Of a DNA stretch of 64,000 nt, positions 38,661-51,299 are shown in pieces (within the stretch, counting starts at the first letter, position 1; each line of letters opens with the position of its first letter). The stretch is from Octopus bimaculoides (taxonomy: Eukaryota). Position numbers and translations under genes: made by a program. The notes beneath the pieces are model-generated. The model was not told the origin of the DNA. It searched no databases and saw nothing but the letters and a program-made list of their open reading frames with translations. The stretch covers positions 21,973,425-22,037,424 of the forward strand of contig NC_068985.1 in the NCBI RefSeq assembly GCF_001194135.2, given 5' to 3'.

Positions 38661-41067
38661 AAAGGAAGGGTAGAGAATTTCATTATTTAGGGCAGTATGA
38701 CCAGAATATTCATTTATATGGATTCTGAGTCGAATATTGGGAAAGCTATAAAGCTAAGAAATATCCACAAATAAAGTAATTACCTGGAAAAAAGAATTCT
38801 TTGAAGAACCAACTTTACAATTGCAAGCTTATCTTTTAAAGCTTTATAGTCAGAGACTTTTTAATTTCTAATCAGAACGAGTTCCTTGTAAAACCTTTAT
38901 CTCTTTTAATACTTAGAGCTTTCCATTGATGAATATATTTAATGTAACTGGCAGAACCCTAGATAGATATTCATGAAACTATTAATGATGGAATGATAGA
39001 CAATGATGATAGGCAAACAATTAGATGAATTTCTATTTTTTTTAGAAGATAAATTTACAATTAAAATATTTTAATGCACAATATATATATACACATATAT
39101 GCATGTATGTATGTAGTTATTAAGTGAGGTGTTGAAGAATGAAAGCAGACTCAACGTGGGTTTATTACAATGTCTTGATCTAAAGTGACATGAGCAGGAA
39201 AACAAATTTTATTAATTAAAAAAGAACAAACGAGCTTGAAAATATTTTAGGAAAGACAATACTTTCTTGCTAATTATCATTTTTTTGCTTTGCTAAAAGC
39301 ATTAGCAATGTAAATGACAAGATATAGTTTCAAAAAAGATTGCCAAGAGAAAAAAAATACAACAGTAAATTTTTGTTAAAAAATAAATTCAAGAATAAGA
39401 AGCAATTGGTGCAAAAACAATGCTTTGTGCTTTTATTTACCTCACTGCCACTAAGTATTCTTATTAAACAAAACAACAGCAATAGGATAATGTTTTTTAG
39501 TCCCTGGCTTTGTTGTAGGTGTGTAAATGCTTGAATTTGCATACTTCTCTAAAACATGACACTTTTATCTTCAAAATAAAGATGTTGAAAGTTTATGCAC
39601 TTCAGAACTAAAGCTTGTAAATAATAGTAGAACTATATATCTCTTTGAAGAAAAAAAAAAAAAGAAAAAAATTTCATTTCTAAAGATTATTCCATGAATT
39701 ACATTGCAACGAGCTACATGCTAAATTTAATTAATTACAGACCTACTTTCAGATTCTCATTAAATTTAATAGTATACCAAATTTACAGATCATATCAAAG
39801 GCCAAAAAGAGACCACTGATAATAAATGTAACCTGAGGAAGTTAACATTTAAGAGTATGTATCAAAACAGAGGAATGGAACAATTCAATGTATTATTGTA
39901 GGCCAAGTTGATCAAATGTCATGGTATTTGCTGACTAAGGAAAAGGGGAAAATAATAAGAGATTTCAACAAGAATGGTAGACATCAATTCAGCTGTTTAC
40001 TAATGGGGGGGGGGATTCTTCACCTCAACTGAACCACTTTCAACAATATTCACCTCATGGCATTCAAGATTTTCCAATGCATTTTAATGCCATCAAGATG
40101 CTTTACAGTCAATAATGTTGTCAGAAGTGACATTTCTAATGGTAAAATTCCTCAGCATGTAGCTAATGGCAAAAATTCCACTGATTCTGCTTATGGAGAG
40201 AATATTTTATTCTGTTATGATTATCATTCTTTCATGTTTTTGTGGTTTTGTTTTTCCAAACTTCTATACTGTTTTCTCAAAAGAAGAAACAAAAAAAATT
40301 CTCCAATAAATATAAGCAGAAAAGCCAAACTGACATTCCTGGAATTTGGCTAATAGTTTTGCAGGGGGAAAGAGAAATATTATTATATTTATTAATGAAG
40401 ATTTGTTTTTGCTCTTGTTTTATAGCAGTTTTATACAACAAACTTGACATTTAGCTGCCAACATTATATTACTTTTACACCTAAAAACTGGCAAGAATGA
40501 AGCAAGACATGTATAAACAGGAAAAATATAACATTTACCAAACAATAATAATTTTATAACCATCAATGCAAAAATGACCAGATAAAACTGCAGTGACAAA
40601 AATAATATATTTATGTAGGGAGTATTGATTGATAAACCAGAGAGACTTGTTCATATTAGAATTTGTTGTCATTCTATATCAACTTGGCAATTTTTTTTTT
40701 TTTTTTGCTGGAAAAATAAATTTGAATATTTGAATATGCATTTTTTTGAGCAATAGTTTTTCTCAATGGAATGCTTCAATTTGAAAATCTAAAGCAAGTA
40801 TAACAAGGGATATTGCCTAAAATTTTTTTTTAATAAAAATCTGTGATCTATCACTACAAGATATAGAAATAGAGAAAGAATTTTTCTTCAATATCATTCC
40901 ATCAGTGTAATGAAATCAATAAGAATTGATAACAAAATATTTGCATACATGTACACACCTTTGGAAGGAAAAATATTAAAAAGATGTTATAAGCTAATCT
41001 GTTTCAAACAATTAAAGAGCCTCAAACTATTACGTGATTATTAACAACATATCTCTTCTGAAAATAT

Positions 41068-41547
41068 ATAATTATGCAATCCCATAACATTCCACCTTCC
41101 GATCAGTGTCAAGAAAATGAATGTATGCATATGTGTAGATATATATAAACATTTATACATGTATGTATTAATGTATACACATGTGAATATGCATGTGCAT
41201 AGATGTATAGATGTGTGCATATGTCTGTATTAATATATATGTATACACACTCACACTCTTATGCCTTGAGTTATATCTCTCCTGTTTGTTCCACCAGACC
41301 TATAATATATATTTACATATTGATTTCTTCATGTATGTATACATTCACACACACATGCATAGACATATATTTCAGCAAGTATGCATAGACACACATACAC
41401 ATAATTATACAATCTTCAGAACATTCCATCTTCTGATCAGTGTCAGGCAAGGAGTGTGTGTATATGTGCTGATATATATATATATTTATATATGCATGCA
41501 TTCATAAATATATGCAAACATGTGCATATAGATGTATGTGTGTATAT

Positions 41548-41599
<52 letters not shown>

Positions 41600-41654
41600 A
41601 CACACACTTATGTACTGAGTTCTATTTCTCATGTTTGTTCCACCAAACCTATAT

Positions 41655-41722
<68 letters not shown>

Positions 41723-41894
41723 AATATATATATCTATTCATACATATATACATTCACACACACACACACACACATTTACACGCAGAGAAATATGTGCAAA
41801 TATATACAAATACATATATACCCATGCATGTACACACAAACACACTCACACAGATACAAACACACACACACACATACACACGCGCGCGCACACG

Positions 41895-41939
<45 letters not shown>

Positions 41940-41990
41940 ATATGTGTATATAGCCATATATATATTTACTTGCATTTATATATATGAGTG
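41068..41990. repeat. Compound (TA)/(CA) microsatellite field containing a diverged tandem duplication of about 340 bp
   Basis: Unique blocks at 41068 and 41259 recur at 41401 and 41608. Confidence 0.8.
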
Positions 41991-42879
41991 AGTATGAATT
42001 TGTGAGTGTGTGCATCTTTTAATGTTGATAGGGTTCAAAAATGATAGTTTTGATAAGGATAAGCCAGCCATTCATTATTTTCCACAATATAGCCTTGACA
42101 GCCAGTAAAACCATTTAAAACAACAGCAAAAAAACTCAAAAGCAAAGAAAAGCATAATTAGAATAATCAACACAAAAACAAAAATTCCCTGAAGATTTTT
42201 TTTTAAAGAAAATGTATGTATATTTATTCAAAAATTTGATGAGTTTATTGAGAAAGTGAGTGAAGGAGAAGAGAATGGTTGTGTGTGTAAGAGAGAGGGA
42301 GAGAGAGAGAGAAAGAAAAGGACAAACTCATTATTCTAACCATCAACAAAATATTTCCTCCATGAATATTTCTCTGCACATTGTGTAGAACAGCAGCCTT
42401 ACACACACACACACACACACACATGCACACACGCACACACACACACACGCACGCACACACACAAGTGAAAAAGAGATTGAGAGAGGATGTAAATATAGTT
42501 TATGATGATGATATTGAGTTCCTTGGATACTAAATCCATGTTAAAGTTTCAATTTCCAGCTACAGACATTTTACTTAATATTAATGTTGAATTAGAGTTA
42601 AAAAAGAGCTTGAATGCAACACTATTTTACTCCACCTCCCACCGAAATCTGAAGGAGTAGAACCACAAGAACTACAATTACTACAACCTCGTCATCATCA
42701 TCATCGTCATCATCATCATCATCATCATTATTAGTAGTAGCAAACTTCTGAACTGCATTTTATACATTTATTCATATATATCTTAAGCAAAGTAAGAGCA
42801 TCCTTATCTCTCATGCCTACTTGGAGAAAGCAATGAGAAATTACTATGAAGGATTTCCTTTAAAAAAATCCGGCAGATA

Positions 42880-43400
42880 AGGCATATACAGGATCATCAG
42901 TTGTCTTGCGTGATGTTGTGTGCGAGTCAAAATATATGAGATTATTGTGACAGAATAATTAAGATTAGGCTAGTCATAGGCTCATAGGCAACATTACTAT
43001 AGTTGTTATCTCTGCTTATGTGCCACAAACAGGACTGACAGATGAGCGAAAGGGCTGTTTCTATGAGACTTTCCTAGAGACTCCATTGATCATAAATGAC
43101 AGAGACTTCCTAAACATGGCTGGTGAGGTTTTATAGACATACTGAACAGTAACAAGGTAGCTACTCCAGTGTATATGTCTACAAATGAGAAGGGATCGAG
43201 GCTCTGTTGTGCAAATGACCCAACCATTTGCAATGCTAATTTCAGAATATCAGTCAGCTTCTTGATCACCCGCCAATCTGATGAACACATGAAGAAAATA
43301 AATTTCATTCTCATCAAGAAACAGAACAGACAAGTAGTTGTGAACATTCAACTTTAACAGAAGTGTCTTTTAGCAGACAGGATGATCACAGATAGGATGG
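42880..43400 (+). mobile_element. APE endonuclease relic of an RTE LINE
   Basis: DRIIKIRLV...ISAYVPQTGLTDERKGCFYE...AGE...NEKGSRL...ICNANFR...INFIL follows the APE motif order (SAYAPQ, GDFN, N-G-RL, NT-F, IDYIL). Confidence 0.85.
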
Positions 43401-43623
43401 CAGTAAAGGAAGACTGTATGTGGAGGGTGTACAAGAGTAGTTAAAAGTAAGGGCATCTGTGAAATAAATTCTATCTAATTGCTCTGAGCACTACATAAAA
43501 GTAGTTGATAGCCATTGTAACTTAGACGATCTAGGGGGTTTTGGAATACCCAACCTCCAGTCAACAGTAGATGTGAGTGTTCTGAAAGCATAGCAACCAA
43601 AGTTAGAATGGGATGCATATGCT

Positions 43624-43958
43624 GAGACCCCCTTCGGTCATGACTGACCATGGGATTGCACCCAGAAAGTTACCCTCCGAGGCACAAGTCCGGGCAAGGT
43701 TGTTTATGGAAGACCAGCAGTCGCCCATGCATACCAGTCTCCCCTCTCCACACCACCAGTGTTATCCAAGGGAAAGGCAAAGGGGCCGATACAGCTTGGC
43801 ACCAGTGACGTTGCAACTCATTTCTACAGCTGAGTGAACTAGAGCAACGTGAAATAAAGTGTCTTGCTCAAGAACACAACACGCAGCCCGGTCCAGGATT
43901 CAAACTCACAACCACGCGACCATAAGCTCGACACTCTAACCACTGAGCCATGTGCCTT
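43624..43958 (-). mobile_element. Near full-length tRNA-derived SINE of a further family
   Basis: Minus strand begins GGCACATGGCTCAGTGGTTAGAG...GTTTGAATCC (A/B boxes), then GTGTTCTTGAGCAAGACACTT. Relatives at about 7910-8100, 44830-45135, 46500-46740, 59330-59470. Confidence 0.8.
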
Positions 43959-44159
43959 CATTGGGATGCATAAAGTTTAAAGAACTATTACTTCTGGCAA
44001 CAAAGTGTTTCTGTCTTCAAACAAAGGATGAACTGTATGACACTTGAATCAGAAGTGTAACATTGCATGGGAGTAAAACGGGTATTGAATACTAAGGAAG
44101 TGAAAAGGCTAAGAAGAAATGAAGCAAGCAAGCTATGCTGGATGTGTAATTGTGTAATG

Positions 44160-44710
44160 ATAATGTGCATGAATGATGAAACAGAAATGAACTGGAAGAA
44201 AGATTAGGTATAAAAGGCATCAAATGTGGTGTACCATAGGGAAGACATTGAAGGAATGGACATATAATGTGAATGGATAATGATAAATGTGTAAAGAAGT
44301 GTCATAAAATCCAAGTGGAAAGTAACTGTAGAAGAGAAAGACTAAGAAAAAAATCAGGCAGAAATGGTGCAAAGTTGTTTCAGGAGGATCACTATCACAA
44401 AAATGATAAAGGAACACAACATGCTGTGTTGAAGAAGATCTGTCAAACTCATAGCACCTGTGTTGGCACCATGTGAAAAGCACCTGTGCTGATGTCACAT
44501 AAAAAGCACCAGCACTGGCACCATGTGAAAAGCACCCAGTACACTCTATCAAGTGATGGACATTTGGAAAAGTATTCAGCCATAGAAACCATGCCAAAAC
44601 AGATGACTGGAGCCTGGTGCATCCCTGCAGCTGGCCAGCACTTGTCAAGCTCATCAACTCATGCCAGCTTGAAAACTGAACATTAAATGATGATGATGAC
44701 AATGATGACA

Positions 44711-44744
<34 letters not shown>

Positions 44745-44826
44745 CGATGATGACGATGATGACAATGATGACAATGATGATGATGATGATGATGACAATG
44801 ATGATGATGATGATGATGATGATGAT
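44160..44826 (+). mobile_element. RTE LINE 3' fragment, (GAT)n-tail family
   Basis: MDNDKCVKKCHKIQVESNCRRERLRK aligns with the ORF end seen at 33.9-34.2 kb; same 3' UTR and long (GAT/GAC)n tail. Confidence 0.75.
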
Positions 44827-45311
44827 GTAGTGGTTAAGGTATTTGGCTGATGATCATAAGGTCATGAGTTTGACAGCCGGCAGCATGTTGTGTCTTTAAG
44901 CAAGACATTTTTATTTTATGTTGCTCCAGTTCATTCAGTTGACAAAGGGGAGTAGTACCTGTATTTAAAAGGGCCAGCCTTGTCACACTGTGTGGCATAC
45001 TGAATCTCCCCAAGAACTACATTAAGGGTACATATGTCTGTGGAGTGCTCAACCTCTTACACATTAATTTCACGAGCAGGCTGTTCCATTGATCAGATCA
45101 ATCGGAATGCTTGTCATAACCAACAGAATGCCAGTTAAGTTAAGGTATATACATATATATGGATATATATATAAACACACACATATACAAATGCAAACAC
45201 ATATACACAAATGCACATGCATATTCAGCTACCTTATTGCTGTATAAACAATAAAATATCAATATGCACCATCTGCTAGTATGCACACACACACAAACAT
45301 GCACACACACA

Positions 45312-45347
<36 letters not shown>

Positions 45348-46049
45348 CACACACACACATGTTAATATCTCTTCAGATTTGGTTGTTTAGACAATACTGA
45401 AGACATGTAATGTAGTGATTCAAGAATGCACACATAAGACTGTAGTCCTGTTGTCTTGCCTTGCAAAGCTCCTGAGAACCTAGCAATGCAAACTAACAAT
45501 GCAATGTATTAATCATGCAGCCCCTTTCACTATCCAGTGTTCATGGCAACTATGTATAGCTTCATGAACTGGGCCAGTAAGAGTTAATTGTTCCTACTAG
45601 TGACACACAGTGCAATACCAATAACATGAAATGTTATCCTTAAGTCTCTTTATATTTTTCCCCTCCTAGTGAGTTGTTATGTCTTCTTTAGCTTAGGCCA
45701 CAGGATGAATTGAATGGTACAGCACTGGACTAAATGCTCTGTGATATTTAATTAAATGCCAAATATTTGAAATATAACTAAAGCTGACTTTGCCTGTCAT
45801 TTTTAGGGTGTTAATGAAATAAGTAATGCTGATGAAACCTTTTTTTTAAAACAGAACATTTTAAATGCCTTAGTAGGTTCTGACCATTATTAGATGACAT
45901 TTACATGTACATACATATATGAATGTTCAGACTGGGATTGGACTAACAAACTTTTGTTTCACAAGGGTTTCAACACATTTATCCTTTAAGGATAAAAGTA
46001 AGCACAAATATATGTCAATTCATGTGATAATTAACATAATTATTAACAG

Positions 46050-46460
46050 TGAAAGCCATATATGAGATTGAATTTGGTGTTAGGTTTAGAAGATCAAGTT
46101 CTCATTCAGAAAGGCTTTCTATTTTCCATATTGTCTGTTATAGTTCTTTGTTGCTAATGAAAATGCTAAACCATACAGGAATATCATTTCCATTCTCATG
46201 CCAGACATGTTTTGACATTAAACTTCATTGTTTCCTTTCTGATTAGAACATTCTGATGTCACAATATTCTAATGTTTACATATGGATGAGATATTATATG
46301 TACAATCAATTTTTCTATGAATAGGTTTAACTTTGGTGAGATATTTGTTAAGTTTAGTGTTATTCGTAAACACTGTTCTGATGTTATACTAACTACAAAT
46401 ACATTGTATCTTTTTAACAACTTTACTACAATAACACAGTCACAGTAGATTCTGGTTCCA
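46050..46460 (-). mobile_element. Highly degraded LINE RT relic
   Basis: FNVKTCLA*... weakly resembles F-VKTGLRQGD-LS; many stops. Confidence 0.4.
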
Positions 46461-48419
46461 ACCATAGTTTATCCTTCTGAGAGTTCACTGGTATTAGGCA
46501 TTATGGCTAGTCCACATTACTCAGTAAGGAGCATAGGGCCAGTTTCCTGGTTTCTGTGGCATATATATTCCTCCCTGGATGGGACGCCAGTCCATTGCAA
46601 GATTACTCATTTTTACCCACTGAATAGACTGGGGCAATGTGAAATTAAGTGTTTTGCTGAACAGCACAACACAGCACCCAGTCCAAGAATTGAAACCACA
46701 ATCTTACAATCATGAGTCCAACACCCTAATCATTAAGCCTCCATGGTAGTAGGCATTACAGAAGGTATTTATTTTGTAGGGATGCTCATTTTAAATAGTA
46801 TATTTCTTATCTTTAGGCATCATTATTGAAGCTCAATGCTGTAAGTACCTGGTATTACTTTTCTTGATAACACAAAGATGGGGGAAACTCATACTTTAGA
46901 TAGAGTCCAAAGGATTTGGGTTCTTGATACAGAGATGTTTTGATACCTACTTCATTGCATTGCACCAGAACATCTAAGTATGGCACTGATTATTATGTTG
47001 CTTCTACATAATATCTTTGGTGTTAAAATATTCTGCTCTGGTTAAAAGTATATAAAAAGAAGCAGGATAGGTTTCAGATTAAACCTAGAGCATAAAGATT
47101 ACTTTTATCAGAAATTCCAATCAAATGGAAGACATGAAAGTTGACGTTAGTCACATAGATATGAAAATGTATGTGGTGGGAGGAGGAGAGATAAAAACCT
47201 ATATAGAATGATAACTACTTGTCTGATTGTAAAAGAAGAGAGAGAGAGAGTATGAAAAAGACAAACAGAGAGAGCATGAGAGAAAGTATAACACACACAC
47301 ACACACATAGAGAGAGAAAGAGAGAGAGTAGAAGAAAAATGAGTCCTTAAATGAGGGAACAGGTGTATTAGCATTTGCTTTCACAACTGTGACAATCTTT
47401 AATAACTAATAATGTAAAAAAAAAAAAACCTAAATAAAGAAAATACACATACAGTTTATATTCAACAGAAAAGCTAACTTAAGCAAATATGAAAATAATT
47501 TTCAATATAAATGCTGGAGAAAATAAAGTTTTGATAAAGCAGCAGCTGTTAAAAAAGTATGTTGTTCTGTAAAAGCTGTTTGCATTATGCAAGTGTTGAG
47601 TAAATACATCAGGTAAACTTGAACAGCATTTTATGAAATAAATTGTGCATGTTTAAATAAGAGTATACTATTTATATAAGAAATAATACCAAAAAATATG
47701 AAAGAAAATAAATGGAAAAAATTGTATAAGCATATTCATGAAAACTAAATATAATATTCCTGCTTTTAAAGGGGTTCAAACAAGACTATTACTACTTATA
47801 CTATCTAACTACAATATGACCTCACCACCACTGCTGCCACCACCTCAGTTTTATGCTTCTTTCCAAGTATGCATAATTATCATCTGTGCACTGATTTCTT
47901 CAGTGACAGTTCCCCTTCAAGGTACACATGGCCCTGTTTATATATCTACACTGCTATTTCTATGAGCACTTAATGATTTACTGGTTATCTTCTTAAGCAG
48001 ACACATCTTCTCAATTCTGACCCATAAACACATATGCAAATACATATTCACACATAGACTTTCAGTGTCTTATATTAGAAGTGGCTGCTTGGATATGATA
48101 CTGGACTTCTATCACATAACTGTTGAATTTAAATCAGCTGTAGGCATTTTGTCTATTTGAACAGAATACAATTTTATGTCTCACTTCACCTAGCTGTTTG
48201 GAATAGGTGCTAATATTTCTGTGAATTTTATCAGTGAGAGAATGGAATTTTATTCTGAAAGAAATTTATCTCTCATCTATTTAAAATCATGAAACCAAAG
48301 CTAAGCACTGTCTTTGAAGAGTCTCTGAGAGTTACTTGGAGATATGTACATTCTTCAATTATTTTATGCTAAAAATACACTGTGTATTTTCTTTCATCAC
48401 TATTACTATATTATATACA

Positions 48420-48925
48420 CAAGCAGGAACACCTACCCACCAGGCAGTTTGTGCTAGTCATCTTGTGAAAAACACAAATCTCCATCTCAAACTCATCAGG
48501 CATTCTTTGAGCAATTTTCATCTTGGTTCTCATAAATAAATTTTCATGTTTCATGAAACAATAGCACCATGATGTATGGCCAGTAAAATCTTCTAAACAA
48601 TTATCACATACAACCCTCTTGGCTTCAAAATTATTATATATGTAGAAATGGCAAGTCTTTGCCATCTCTGATTCACAACTTATTGGTACAATTTATTTTC
48701 AAGATCTTGCCAATTTGGGTCTTTTTTTTACCTTTGAAAATTACAATTACTACTTTTCATCATTTTTGATTTTCCTTCTTGATCAAACCAATAACAATTT
48801 TTTTCCCTCATGATGGAGAACTAAAATTTCTTTCGGCAGCTCTGTTTTCATGTTTATTTTTTTTGCATGATTAATCACTTAATTTGAATTTAGCAGTGTA
48901 TGACAACCTCTTTTGTTTAGACATC
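48420..48925 (-). mobile_element. pogo-like transposase relic (Brinker-type DNA-binding region plus CENP-B HTH)
   Basis: MMSKQKRLSYTAKFKL...HENRAAERNF then TSWCYCFMKHENLFMRTKMKIAQRMPDEFE, like POGK-type RSY.A.FKL...NRAA.R.F and W..RFM.R..L..R..T.IAQK.P. Confidence 0.7.
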
Positions 48926-49772
48926 ATGAGGTGGGTGAAAAAATAGATTGGAAAATGAAACAAACTTTTTTGTACGTATGCCTAAAATACAGTACTTGAA
49001 CTTTTGGTTATGCATCCAACATGAGAGCAAGCAGGTATCAAACTGCTGAGTAGCCAATAAAAATTTTAAAAACTGATTAGGAGATTGCTGATGTTAATTG
49101 CATTAAGCACTTTGATTGGTCAACCATTTTCATGTTTGAAATCCAAGGCAAGCACTCAGAAATGGTTTTTTATTTGTTAAAAAAAGTTAGGCCTGGAAAT
49201 TCTTCAATACTGAAAATGGTCTTATTCTACTCTGCATTAAACAGCAATTGCTGTGTATTTACAAGCTTTTTCACTCTCATCCATTATTATAAATTGTTTT
49301 TAAAATTTTTTTAGGGAACATTATAAAGAGTTATGTTTTTGAAAGAAAAAAGGATTACTGTAAAAGTATTACTATTGTTACAGTGCATTCAAATGAACTG
49401 TGCTGTGCATTCTTATTTAAATATATTTACACACGGCTTGTGTATATCATATATGTACTTACCTTTAGTGTACAGCATGCAAGCAGATTTTTACATTAGG
49501 TTTTGGGGTAAAAAAAAGTCATCTTATACACAAAATACACAAAAAACAAAAAAAAAAAAGATATATATATATGGTTGTGTGTGTGCGTGTGTGTGCATAT
49601 ATATATATATATATATAATTATGTTTATTTCTTCTATCTTAATGAATAAAAATTCTTCTGATAGAATAAATGGGTTAATAGAAACCAATGTAGCAAAGAA
49701 CACAAAATAACTGTGGTTAGCTCCTGTTTTTAAGGCAGGAACTCCTTGAAATTTTGGGTGTTTGAGTATATT

Positions 49773-49997
49773 TAAGAATTTAAGGATTGGAGAAAACGCA
49801 TGTTATAATTGCATACTTTATTCCTACATATGTTTCAAAGGATTACAACCTGTGTGATCCATGCTTTCCCTGATGAGAAGGTTACAATTTTAATATCAAA
49901 GATCCCTATGGATCACACAGGTTGTAATCCTTTGAAACACATGTAGGAATAAAGTATGCAATTATAACATGCGTTTTCTCCAATCCTTAAATTCTTA
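49773..49997. mobile_element. Fold-back element with 90-bp inverted arms, carrying the hammerhead; likely PLE-related non-autonomous element
   Basis: 49773-49862 is the reverse complement of 49908-49997 with one mismatch. Spacer is 45 bp and contains CTGATGA. AATAAA lies at 49948-49953 and a (TA)n tract follows the right end. Confidence 0.75.
49860..49958 (+). ncRNA. Type I hammerhead ribozyme, core apparently intact
   Basis: Folded by hand. Core CUGAUGA at 49870-49876 and GAAA at 49934-49937. Stem II: GAAGG-UUACAA (49877-49887) pairs with UUGUAA-U-CCUUU (49922-49933), with an inner GAUCC/GGAUC hairpin. Stem III: A-U and C-G closing loop ACAU. Cleavage triplet GUA at 49943-49945. Stem I: UUCC/GGAA, a UAA bulge, then CAUGCU/AGUAUG. 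Confidence 0.8.
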
Positions 49998-51255
49998 TAT
50001 ATATATATATATATATACATATATATATGTGGTTGTGTATATAAAGTTACATTTCCAGTATACCCTTTGCTGTTTTAATATGCTAGTGTGTGATTTAAGA
50101 GAAATTTTAGCTTTTCTTTGTTCAGTACACAAAAACTTGTGTGTGTGTGTGTACGCACATGTGTGTGCGTGTGCAACTATGTACACGTCCCCATTTAGGT
50201 ATCATAACAAAAATTATCATTGGATTCTATCACCATTGCTGTATTATGACTCTTACTTCTTATGTCTACGATCAAGACACTTAGGCCTCAAATGGTGAAA
50301 TTTAGCACTTAGCTGTAAAGAAATATCTATCTACTAGTATAAATATCATCAGCATCATTTGACATCCATGTTTCATGTAGGCATGGGTTGGATGGTTTGA
50401 CGGGATCTGATGAACCCAAGGACTGCATCATGTTTCAGTGTCTGCTGTGGAATGGTTTCTATGGCTGGATGCCCTTCCAAATGCCAACCATTATGCAGCA
50501 TGTACTGAATGCTTTTCCCATGGCACCAGCACTGTTGAGGTTACCATGCAACTTGCAGGACTACAAACTCAGTAGAAGCAGTAGGGACTTTATACTAGGA
50601 GAATAATGAGTACAGAGAGATAAAGTATAAGAGAAAAGGGTCAAACCGGAACAGGTTTCTTGCTGTAGAGAAGCTACATGACTAGTTACATTTTAGAGAA
50701 GAGGAAGCTGGAAACTAATAAAAAAGTGGTTGGGTTTGATTATTCTTTAAGCATAGACTGAAGAAAGATTTGTTATTGTAAGCTGACTAGGTACAATACA
50801 TGGAAACCACATGAGCAGAGTACTCTTTATTACTATCATATATGCAAACATCACATTACAGGCATACACATTCACCACATCAATCACATTTTGAAAGAAC
50901 TAAATATCACTTAGAAAGTGACAGCTATCAGCAATAACAGTGGAGAGAGGCGATTCTTTCTATCTGTTGGGTCTTCGTTTATTTGAAGCAGCTCAAGTTT
51001 GAGTGTTTGCTTCCAGACAATACAAAACAGTTATTGGCAATGAACTAGAACAATTTTGCAGATAAAAGCATTACCTGCTGTAGCAAATATGACATCACAA
51101 TGCAAATAAAAACTGCAGTAATTATTCTTTACTCCCATACACAGTAAACCTATGGTGACAGACTGCTGATATTTTAAAGGAGAGTATGAACGACCCTCAA
51201 GTACATCCTGTCTAGCAAAATGACAGTAAGATTTCTTTGTAGACATTGCATTCTC

Positions 51256-51299
<44 letters not shown>

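Noticed and set aside
40057-40353. 98-aa ORF in unique-looking sequence
   Set aside because: No homology recognised and splice borders are weak on both strands.
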